A stretch of 63,750 bases of DNA, the filler included, from Craspedostauros australis (Eukaryota), in assembly GCA_030167865.1 (NCBI GenBank). It is 8 parts of 8 records of this genome, joined end to end, with 100 filler letters (N's around TTAATTAATTAA, not from the genome) between each part and the next. Parts side by side here need not be neighbours in the genome. Positions count along the whole stretch, not along the records: positions 1 to 24,628 come from JALAGF010005270.1; 7 more parts are not named here. One strand, 5' to 3'. The stretch's first letter is position 1, and every line of letters starts with the position of its first letter. The position numbers and the translations under genes are program-made. Positions 1 to 10,236 of this stretch are shown one piece after another. Below the pieces are notes generated by a model. That model was not told the origin of the DNA. It searched no databases and saw only the letters and a list, made by a program, of their open reading frames with translations.

Positions 1-85
1 CAAGGACAAGGAAGAAGAGAAGAAACAGAGGCACGAAGCAGTTTGTTTGCAATCATGATTGTGTTGTTGACAAACACATGGGGGG

Positions 86-1389
86 ACAAGAAGAAGCTGC
101 TTGTACAACATAAGAACAACAACTATGCAAATAGCCTGGTAGTTTTGGACTCCTGCATCCAACAAATCCGGCACATCATGCAACCATCAAGGTCCACGGA
201 GATGGGGGCAGAGGCCGTTGTTACAGCTCTCAGCATCCTGAAGTAAGGCAGCACTCCATCAGAAGGAAGCAACTACATGTCAATCAACATCATCAAGGAA
301 GCTCGGCAAGGAGCAGGCTGAGACGGCCTGATATGGACTGCACAGTTCGACCGTGGAGAAAGCACGGTCGAAACCCTGCCAGGTCATCAGAGCGCCGCAA
401 ACCCTTCCACTGGCAAACCAAAGTGACTCACGAGCTGTGACACGTGACATTACAACAATGGTCAGGCCTAAATCACCTCCTCCTTGAAGAATACCAGTGC
501 GTCATCATGTTTCAGTGCATGGACACCGATTGCCAAGCCTTTGCAGAGCTGCCTCGAAGATCTATGCTTACCCACCATGTGTAAGCTGGCTTTGCACCTA
601 GCAGGAGCCAGGACGACTCTAGCAGAGGAGCTTCTTGCCATGACACATGGCAAGCCGTATATGGAGGCCACAGTTGGTCCAGAGCATGGAGCATGGCTGC
701 ACCGTTCACCATNNNNNNNNNNNNNNNNNNNNNNNNNNNNNNNNNNNNNNNNNNNNNNNNNNACAAGAAGAAGCTGCTTGTACAACATAAGAACAACAAC
801 TATGCAAATAGCCTGGTAGTTTTGGACTCCTGCATCCAACAAATCCGGCACATCATGCAACCATCAAGGTCCACGGAGATGGGGGCAGAGGCCGTTGTTA
901 CAGCTCTCAGCATCCTGAAGTAAGGCAGCACTCCATCAGAAGGAAGCAACTACATGTCAATCAACATCATCAAGGAAGCTCGGCAAGGAGCAGGCTGAGA
1001 CGGCCTGATATGGACTGCACAGTTCGACCGTGGAGAAAGCACGGTCGAAACCCTGCCAGGTCATCAGAGCGCCGCAAACCCTTCCACTGGCAAACCAAAG
1101 TGACTCACGAGCTGTGACACGTGACATTACAACAATGGTCAGGCCTAAATCACCTCCTCCTTGAAGAATACCAGTGCGTCATCATGTTTCAGTGCATGGA
1201 TACCGATTGCCAAGCCTTTGCAGAGCTGCCTCGAAGATCAATGCTTACCCACCATGTGTAAGCTGGCTTTGCACCTAGCAGGAGCCAGGACGACTCTAGC
1301 AGAGCAGCTTCTTGCCATGACACATGGCAAGCCGTATATGGAGGCCACAGTTGGTCCAGAGCATGGAGCATGGCTGCACCGTTCACCAT
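86..1389. repeat. ~627-bp near-identical duplication across an N gap (86-712 vs 763-1389) in CpG-poor, probably decayed repeat DNA
   Basis: Offset 677 with only a few SNPs (e.g. GGACACC/GGATACC, TCTATG/TCAATG, GAGGAG/GAGCAG). All frames are broken by stops and the sequence is rich in TGCA/CATG. Confidence 0.8.
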
Positions 1390-2470
1390 CTGCATCCAAC
1401 ATCCTCCAGCGTGACCACACGCCCGGCATGCCTCACACGAGTCACTGCAATGGCAGCTGGCACTGCCACGTGCGTCTCCCGCATGTATGTAATATATGTA
1501 CAGGCATATGTAATTGTATGCAACCACACGGCAAGGCAAGACCTGCCAACATGATCCATTCCCACTGAATGGTTCATGTGGAATGAATGCAGCAGTACGA
1601 ANNNNNNNNNNNNNNNNNNNNNNNNNNNNNNNNNNNNNNNNNNNNNNNNNNNNNNNNNNNNNNNNNNNNNNNNNNNNNNNNNNNNNNNNNNNNNNNNNNN
1701 NNNNNNNNGAAGAGAGAAGCAACTTGCATTGTTCGTATGGTAGGCTGGACCACTATTAGTTGTTACAGGGTGGTGGTAAAGTGTGGATGCAATTTATGGA
1801 CGAAGTTGCAATGGAGGATGGGCTTGTTCTCCCAAACCCAAAGCAAGTCACAAATACACGAGGAAAGCAACAGCAGAACCTGTGAAATGGCTGATTCCAA
1901 CGAAGACCAAGAAAATATGGAAAATAGCAACAATGGACCCACTTTCTATTCTTTCTGAGTCGCATTTACAAAAAAACGCCGTTTTCCCTTCCCCCCCATG
2001 GGACGTGCAACACCGATGTTGTTCTTTGGCTTTGGCTGAAAAAAGTGGAGCGCTGCGCACCATTTATGTCTCACTTGAATGTCGCAAGGGAAGAAAAGGT
2101 CATTTGGACAACAACCCAGCCCCGAATGAAGGAGGGCCAGATGCGTGGTGCTGCCTAAACCGAAATCTCTCTTCGTGCGTTTGGGCGTTTCGGCGCCCCA
2201 GGGGAGGAACTGGAATGCCGATTTGCCAGTCATGGACCATGATTGTCCGTTCTCTTTGGTGGCAAGATCAACAAAAAGGAACCGTTACTACGGGTATGAA
2301 TACCAGCGACGTTCGATGCGCCCCACGCGTTTCGTTTGCTGATGATGTGCCTGGACAGCATGGCTCTCGCTTCCACGCAAGCCAACAGTACAGAACACAC
2401 ATAGACATACACAAACACACATCTTCTCACAAAAACCAAATCAGACCAAATCAGACCCATAACATCCAAC

Positions 2471-3112
2471 ATGAAGTTTTCCGCTCTCATCCTTGCCTCG
2501 CTCTTCGCCGCGCCTGCCGCAGTCGCGGCCACCTGCTCTGACGACCAGAAGCGCATCGTCTCCATCAACAACGTCCGTCTCAGTGGCAGCGAGAGCACCT
2601 CGCAGCTGGAGGCCAGCCTCCCGTTGACCGTCGTCGGTTCCGACGGCGCCAGCGTGACCTTCGAGGTGTGCCACGACCAGACCGACAGCGGCCGCGTCTG
2701 GACCGAGTTCAGCCAGGACTTCTACGATTCCAAGTGCATCGAGCAGGACGCAGTCGGCCCCAGCGGAAGCTGCCAGACGTACATCGCGGCCTGCCAGGTG
2801 GATAAGAAGATCGCCGTGGTCGACCTTTGGTCCGAGAGCTACCAGGCCGAGCAGGGCACCAGCTCCGCCATCTCCAAGTGCTGCGAGTCCGAAGCCACGG
2901 CCGCCAAGATCACGTACGAGCTCCAGTGCGAGTGCCCGGACGCAACAAACCTTCGCGGAACTGGAGGAACCCGCGGCACTGGCATCCCAGTCGACGGCAC
3001 CACCACCACCACGGCCGCCACAACGACCGCGCGGAGCAACATAATTCCCACTCGCGGCGAGATCATGACCACCAGCGGCGGCGGCGGTCGCAGACGTCGT
3101 CCTACAAGATAG
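2471..3112 (+). CDS. Secreted Cys-rich domain protein with Thr/Gly-rich tail (family member 1)
   Basis: Signal peptide MKFSALILASLFAAPAAVAA. ~135-aa domain with C...C...C...C...C...CC...CxC followed by NLRG. Strong C/G third-position bias. Aligns by eye with 8236-9009. Confidence 0.9.
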   Translation: MKFSALILASLFAAPAAVAATCSDDQKRIVSINNVRLSGSESTSQLEASLPLTVVGSDGASVTFEVCHDQTDSGRVWTEFSQDFYDSKCIEQDAVGPSGSCQTYIAACQVDKKIAVVDLWSESYQAEQGTSSAISKCCESEATAAKITYELQCECPDATNLRGTGGTRGTGIPVDGTTTTTAATTTARSNIIPTRGEIMTTSGGGGRRRRPTR

Positions 3113-3986
3113 GGAAGTAAACGAGCTCGGCAAGGCGACAGCACCCTGTGATCCATGCTCGAACAATCTAAGTCCGACCACTGCGCGCAGAACACGCATG
3201 AGCTACAAGCACGACGCGACTGTCACCTGCGGAAATCAAGGAGAAAGGATGAAGCAGGTAGCAGCAACCAGCAGTTAAGAATAGATCTCGCAGCCGCAAC
3301 CAAGCCACGAAACATCATACAATATAAATAGCGCAATAGACACCACTGACACACACCCACACAAGCCCTCCTCAATGAACGAAGCAACGTTCGTCATGTC
3401 CACTCTTTGCCTGTTGCGAACATCAGGGTGGCTGCATATGTGGTCATGGCGGTAGTCGTAGAGAGAGAGGACTAAGAGATGTACCCAGATGGGATCAATT
3501 GGGTGCTATGTGCGACCTCCACTCACGTATGGTAGCATGGCTCGCACGGCGGTAGATGGGGGACGGTGTTGTTGATCTACTCTTACTCACGTAGGCTATC
3601 CCAACCAACAAACACATCCAAATCGCAAACACAAACCCACAAAGGCACCAAAACAGGAACACAAGGGAGAGGCAAGGCAAAGAGGAAGCCAGATCTCGAG
3701 CTACCATTACTATTATTATTTATTATACAACTCACTTCCACACTCGCACGCCCACGCCCACTCGCATTCGCACTCAACAGATGCCATTCATGCAGATCAT
3801 GCATAGATCCACGTGAACGCATGGCTGACACTGTCGGGGATGAAGTCATCGTTTTTGTCATTGTATTGCTCCAATGCTACTACTACTACTACAAGAGTAT
3901 CATACTACTACACCATTAGTCGTATAGCACAGAGTCCTCTCTGCAGGTCCAAGAGCGCAGTCCAAGCAAGCCATCAAGCAGCCACC

Positions 3987-5795
3987 ATGGGAGAAGGGTC
4001 TGCCGATTCATCCACGGAAGCGGCGATCCCATCTAGAACGAACAACATGGCGCGAAAAACGAGCTCTGCGGGGATCAAAGCGGCCTCCCTGCTAGTTGCT
4101 GCATCAGCAACGTGGCTTCTGCTCTTCCAAGGACCGTGCGTGGTGTCAAGTCTTGCCCACCATTGGCCATCGCATGGTCGGTTGCTGTTGAAAACGAAGG
4201 AAACGTTCAAGCTATCGGACTTGCAACACTTGCAGGTTCACTTGGAGGTTGATGGCTCCACAACTATTGCCGACGCCGACTCTGCCAAAGATGCTGCTGC
4301 GGATGATGGTATTATCCACGCCGCGATCGATGGCAGCGTTGGAAGCAGGCGAGCGAACGGTTCGACGTTAGCCAACCGACTCATCGTGGATGATGCCACA
4401 GGATCCAGCCTCTTTCAGATTGATGCAGCGGCGCGCAACGAAGGGACGTCGCAATCGTCATCGCCGACGGCGAAGGAGATCATTTATCCAAACGATGATG
4501 TAGATGAGCGGACGTCTCAATCCAAGAGTTATCCGAGCGTGCCCTCCTTGTGGACAAGCTTCCATCAACACTGTGACTGGATAGGTCAGGTGCTCTTCAA
4601 TTCAGAAACGGCGGAAGGTCTCATCGATCAATTGCTGGAGTGTGGTGCGAAGGCAGAGGCCCCCATGCCACATGGTTGGGTGTTGGATTACGTGCAGTTC
4701 CAAAACACCACAGCGATCAAGCACCAAAAGCAGCTGCAGCGAGAGGCGCAGCGAGAAACGCAGCCACCTGATCAAGTCTCCTCGCACAATCGAAAGACGC
4801 TTATTTGCGCCATAGCAAACGCCATTCCTACAAGACCGTCGCTTTACGGATGCACCGGAACAACCTCACGCAACGCGCGCCAACTATTGTTGGTGGATGT
4901 CAATGGAATAACAGACGGCAGGGCGGAGGCAGGTCCATCCATGCCGCAATGCAGCCGGCATTTCTTCCTCGTGAAGATTGTGCCTCCACCTGACGAAACG
5001 TTGACGCTGCAGACAAAGCACGAAGAGTTCATGCGGCGTTGGGCCGAGCGCCCGTTTCCCTACAGCTCCGCCATCAACATCCAAATCGCTGAAACAACGA
5101 TCAGCATCCTGCGATCGCTATGTTCACAGACGCATCGCGATGGGCCGCTACGGTTGCTGGATGCCACGTGCGGCAGCGGGACCTTTCTGAGCTGGGCGCT
5201 GCTACACGGCATGTCCGCGGAGGGCAACGATATCAACCACAAATGTATCGAGGGGACTGAGCTGAACCTGAAGCATGCCTTTGGCCAAGGCGAACTTGGT
5301 GGACGGGTGTACCTTGCCGTGCGGGACAGCAGTCGAGACGAGGGATGTCCATCGCCTCAGCCTCAAAGCTCCGTGTCCAAAGACGCCAACCACGCAGATG
5401 GTGCATTTGACTGTGTCGTGGCGAATCTACCATGGGGAATCAACAGCAACATCGGTCAGTGCATGAACAGCGGCGGCAGCAATTGCGACAACAACATCAA
5501 CAGTGACAACAAGGACGCTGCCACTGATGACGATGTCATATTCAACATCTTGTGGAGCGTGCGCCAGCGCATCGATGCTGGTGTCCCCTGCGCGTTCATT
5601 TCAAAAACACCCTTCACTTCATCAGCCTCATTTGCCCTGGAGACTGCAGGATATCAAAAGCTAGGAGAGGCGCATGTTCCATCAACAAGCTTCGTGCTGC
5701 CGGCAAGCAAGAAGAAGAAACCGAATTCCATCCAACGCAACAATCGTAATGCTTGCGTGGTGACGGTGGCAAAGAGCATCCCAATCATGCGGTAG
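3987..5795 (+). CDS. Putative class I SAM-dependent RNA methyltransferase (Trm11/UPF0020-like amino-methyltransferase)
   Basis: Motif I LLDATCGSGTFL, acidic motif II GNDIN, motif IV DCVVANLPWG (NPPY-like). The start is uncertain: ATG 3987 or ATG 4047, the latter followed by a hydrophobic signal-like stretch. Confidence 0.75.
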   Translation: MGEGSADSSTEAAIPSRTNNMARKTSSAGIKAASLLVAASATWLLLFQGPCVVSSLAHHWPSHGRLLLKTKETFKLSDLQHLQVHLEVDGSTTIADADSAKDAAADDGIIHAAIDGSVGSRRANGSTLANRLIVDDATGSSLFQIDAAARNEGTSQSSSPTAKEIIYPNDDVDERTSQSKSYPSVPSLWTSFHQHCDWIGQVLFNSETAEGLIDQLLECGAKAEAPMPHGWVLDYVQFQNTTAIKHQKQLQREAQRETQPPDQVSSHNRKTLICAIANAIPTRPSLYGCTGTTSRNARQLLLVDVNGITDGRAEAGPSMPQCSRHFFLVKIVPPPDETLTLQTKHEEFMRRWAERPFPYSSAINIQIAETTISILRSLCSQTHRDGPLRLLDATCGSGTFLSWALLHGMSAEGNDINHKCIEGTELNLKHAFGQGELGGRVYLAVRDSSRDEGCPSPQPQSSVSKDANHADGAFDCVVANLPWGINSNIGQCMNSGGSNCDNNINSDNKDAATDDDVIFNILWSVRQRIDAGVPCAFISKTPFTSSASFALETAGYQKLGEAHVPSTSFVLPASKKKKPNSIQRNNRNACVVTVAKSIPIMR

Positions 5796-6691
5796 CAGCA
5801 CTCGCCGGCAGAGATGCCGTGTATGATGGATGACAAGAAAGGCAACGCACGAAAAAGCGACGCAAGGCGAGTGGGCACCATCGTACATACACGTACATTC
5901 GTATTATACATTGCAGCAGTGGTTCCCAAATGTCCACTCCGGAACAGACGGTGTCCTGCATCGCGCAGGACGGTGAAGCGCGATCTCAACATACCGTTCG
6001 AACCTTCATGTCGAATCCATCGCTCATCTCCATGTACGGGTAAGCAAGTGTCAGTGACATTCCAGCTTCGTTCCATCGGTGTCTGCGAGCTACGTCTGGT
6101 TTATCCAACAACTTGGTGCTAGGCGCATGTATGCACCTACGTGAGGGAGTTCGTCTCACCTCGTTGACTCTGCGATGATTCCGTGATAATTTTTCTCCGG
6201 CCTTCGTGGAAAAAGAGGAACGCTGTGAGAGAGGGGATGGCCACAAGTACGAGTACCACTCGTGCGTACAAGTAGTATCGTTGCTCGATGAAAATGAGCA
6301 CGCGCAAATGTCGCCACGACAATTTTGAGTGATCGGCCCTTGCGTGCCAACGTCTGCCACCATCCAATGGGGACTCGACGATCGAGGCAGAGACTCGCAA
6401 AACTGCGCCCTTGCGTACTCGTACTGGTATCGTGGATGCAGAATCGGTGCCGGAGCAGACGGGCAGCCTCGCATGGCGCAAAGACTGTGCGGGATCAATC
6501 AGAGATACTCACAAGTCTCGCACGTCCAAACACAGCTTCTCTGGCGGATCCATCGAGCTAACTCCAGGAGCAACCGGCAATTGCTCTCGTTCTGGCCACA
6601 ATCTGCGTCTCTCTCCACATAAAATCTCAATTCGCAAGCTACACAGCCAAAAAAGAAACCCAAAGCAAACGATGGCGATCATGCCAGCAAC

Positions 6692-7212
6692 ATGGAGCTT
6701 GCCGCCCTCATCGTCTCCTCTCTCCTCGTCCACTATTCTGCGCTCGGTAGCCTTGGTCCACCCACTTGCCGCGATGACCGCCGCACCATCGTCTCCGTCA
6801 ACAACTTACGCCTTAGCGAGAGCGAGAGCACTTCATATCTCGAAGCAACGCTTCTTCTGAACGCCATCAGCACGGATTTTGACACGGTCGCCTTTTGAGG
6901 TGTGCACGGACCCCTTCACCCTCCGACGGATCTGGACCGAGTTCAAACTGGACCTTTTCGATTCCGAGTGAATGGAGAAGAATTCCGCAGCGTCGCCATG
7001 TGAGGCCTACACAGCGGCCTGCCAGGAGGGCAGAGAGTTTCCCCATCGCAATCGTCGATCTCTGGTCCGACGGCTACCAAACAGACGTGGCAACCGATGT
7101 CCCTGTGTCCCAGTACTGCGAAATCGAGGCCACTGCTGTGAAGATCACATACGAGCTTCTGTGCGAGACTCTTCCTTTGGCTCGGCGCAAGCTCCACGGT
7201 ACTGCAGCATAG
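6692..7212 (+). pseudogene. Pseudogenised paralogue of the secreted Cys-rich family (member 2)
   Basis: Homologous motifs TCRDDRRTIVSVNNLRLSESESTS, IWTEF, IAIVDLWS and KITYELLCE lie in three frames. Frameshift in TTTT at ~6893-6896, TGA in place of the conserved Cys at 6969-6971, second frameshift at ~7038-7044, and CC changed to YC. Confidence 0.9.
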
Positions 7213-8235
7213 ACAGCCACCGCGAAGAATCCTGGCGGCAGTTCGGCATCACCGGATGGAAACATATGAGAGCTTTCATCGAAGTGATGGGGTGCGATTA
7301 CATGGCTTGTGCTTGCCGAGCGCATCTCCGAATGCCGCGATACTAAAACATATCACGTGAGCATAGTATTCAATACTATTATATTATACATATGCAACGC
7401 TCTTCTTCGGTCTCCTTCATTCTTTTTCTTATGTACAATATGATTCTTTCCTCTATGTTTGTTCATGAATTCGTGATGTCTGATCGTCTATCTTCCACAG
7501 CGAAGCGTCATGCAATTGTGAACCGATGAGACACTGACAACCTCAGGGACAGGCTAGTTTCGGCACTCTCCCGTGGCCCGACGGACCGAACTGATGATAT
7601 CGATTGTGCATCACAGTTTTGATTGATTGGTAGCTGAGGTCTTTGTCCCTTTTCTCAAGAATTTGTGGGCTGAGCAGCATTGACGATGAACAACAATCCA
7701 AGATGTGAGACACCGGTGAACCCACAACGCCGCGGAGCACGTGACTTGAAATGCCCTCTTCTCGCTCACAGGTTACCGTCGCGGCACTAGGTTTCTTTGG
7801 TCGTAAAGGATGTAGGGGTAGTGCTGTTCGTGATGTTGTGCGTTGGGGGTGGCTGGTGTTGGCATTTATGGGTCGGTCAACATGTGGGTAATAAATCGTC
7901 TGTGTTGTGGGCAAACAAGGACAAACCTGTCGCAGTTATGCCAGCGATGCACAGCCCAAGCATCGGCAGCCATCAATCGGACCATTTGCGGGAAATTGTT
8001 TGATCATTTTCTGCACCTCCAAAACTGCAGCAGGGGTATGGCATGCACACCTATGAGGCCATTCATCGTCTCTGCCAACAAACAACGCGACAGAACCCAA
8101 TGGCAACTCAACCACATCGCGCAGCGACGAACCAGAGAGTTTGTTGTGGGTGCAACATGTCGATCTTCTGTCATAAATCTCATTCTCGAGACATCCAGCA
8201 CAGAACCAAAGCAATAAAACACCAACAACGACAGT

Positions 8236-9009
8236 ATGAAGCTCTCTGCTGTGGTCCTCTCTTCCTTCATCGTCGGCTCGTCCGCCTTCATTGATGCGAA
8301 TGGCAACTATGTGCTCCCGTGCCAGGATGATCGCCGCACGATCTTCTCCATCAACAACGTCCATCTAACCGAGAGCGAGAGCACTACCCAGCTCGAATCG
8401 AGCCTTCCCCTGACCGTGATCAGCGGAGATGGTGCCACGGTCACCTTCCAGGTGTGCCAAGGCCCCAACAGCGGCGGTGCTTTCTGGACCGAGTTCACAA
8501 CTGACCTCTTTGACTCCAAGTGCGTCCAAACCGATATCGCGACGTCCACCACATGCGAGACCTACACAGCATCATGCCGTCCGGACAGTAACATCGCCAT
8601 CGTTGACCTTTGGTCCGAAGGCTTCCAGACGGACCTCGGCTCGAACGCCCCCGTTTCGAGGTGCTGTGAGGCCGATGCCACGGCTGCCAAGATCACGTAC
8701 GAGCTTCTGTGCGAGTGTCCGGCTGTGACGACCACCAACCTGCGCGGAACTACCACTCAGGCCACTACTCAGGCCACTACAACGGTGATTCCAACAACAA
8801 ACCCAGGTCCTCCGATCACCACCACCACTCAGGCTACTACAACGGTGATTCCAACAACAAACCCAGGTCCTCCGATCACCACCACCACTCAGGCCACTAC
8901 CACTCAGGCTACTACATCGGTGATTCCAACAACACACCCGGGTCCTCCGATCACCACCACCACTCAGGCCACTACCACAGATGTTCCAACAGTCCAGTTT
9001 CCGTTTTAA
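8236..9009 (+). CDS. Secreted Cys-rich domain protein with mucin-like Thr/Pro tandem repeats (family member 3)
   Basis: Signal peptide MKLSAVVLSSFIVGSSA and the same Cys spacing as 2471-3112, then NLRG and repeats of TTQATTTVIPTTNPGPPITTT. Confidence 0.9.
   Translation: MKLSAVVLSSFIVGSSAFIDANGNYVLPCQDDRRTIFSINNVHLTESESTTQLESSLPLTVISGDGATVTFQVCQGPNSGGAFWTEFTTDLFDSKCVQTDIATSTTCETYTASCRPDSNIAIVDLWSEGFQTDLGSNAPVSRCCEADATAAKITYELLCECPAVTTTNLRGTTTQATTQATTTVIPTTNPGPPITTTTQATTTVIPTTNPGPPITTTTQATTTQATTSVIPTTHPGPPITTTTQATTTDVPTVQFPF
8750..8979 (+). repeat. Coding minisatellite (~60-nt unit x3, plus 12-15-nt TTQA subunits)
   Basis: ACTCAGGC(C/T)ACTACAACGGTGATTCCAACAACAAACCCAGGTCCTCCGATCACCACCACC is repeated in frame. 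Confidence 0.9.
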
Positions 9010-10236
9010 CTGCGAGAGAGGTGCTGGTATTGGCAGCGAGGAATAGTCTACCATTCGGAAATCAATAGAACTGATTCGTGAACAAGATGTGGGCCTGAAC
9101 GCTCGCAAGTGGTCAGAACAACATTGTTCTGTGGCACTTGCTCGTCGTTGTGCGGTACAGTGCGGTTACACCTCCACTCATTGCACGGCGCGGTAAAACG
9201 AGGCAAGGCAAGCTCCCACGACGCAAACAAACAACGAAGCCATGCACAGTCGTGGAGCTGTGGCAGATTACTTTCCCCTCGTACTCGTAGAGCAACGCAA
9301 AGTAATCCCATGAACATGAAACGTGACCTCTACTGTGTCCGAGCGTGTTGAGCTGAGCAGGTTAGAGTGCGCTTTGAGTTCGCGGTTCGTGTTCGAAATG
9401 CGGACACTTGTCCCAGCCAAGGAACAGGAACGATGGACAATAGTAGCTAGTCGTCAGCGGATAGAAGACTGCCTGAAATAACCGTTGTTAACCACGATGT
9501 GTCTTAGTCCCTTCCATTCACGTCCGAAACAACTCCCCACGCAATCCAAAGATCGGATCTTGTGGGACAAAGATACCAACACGAACTTTCGGCTGCGCAA
9601 GCGCCCACGCCAGAGACACACAACGGATGATGGCAGAAAGAACACCCTGAGACCACAACCTACTCCACGCTGGGGGGAGAGAGAGAGCATGAGGTTGCTT
9701 GTGAGAATCAACGGTCGGCCGGAGAGGCCACGGCACAGCGCAAGACGAACACAATCATCAACCCCAGGACCAGCATGGATCGATGGAGATGTTGCGGCAA
9801 AACCTGAGAAGGAGGCAGACACGGAACCAACGCCTCAGCCCCCTTGAGGTGGTTGCAAGTACTATGCCACTGCGTACTAATACGAGTAGTAACACGAGCG
9901 TGGATGCAGATGCGGAAAGCGTGGGCATTTCCATGCGCGTGCACCCGCTGCACCATCACGAGCGCAGCAGCTCCTGCATGCTCGCGAGATCATCACACGC
10001 ACGGCAAAAAGTGAAGTTGACATAAACAATCCCTCATCTCATATATTATAATTGGGATCAGCCTTGCCACCTCGGACCATACGCACACTACTGTACGTAC
10101 TCTACTATACGAGCACCCAGAGAAAGGAAGAGCAGAGCACCACCTTCCACACTGTGCCATCCTATCACACGACTACGACTACTACACGTTCGTATTCGTA
10201 TCAGTACACAGATCTATCGACTCCGTAACACATCCC

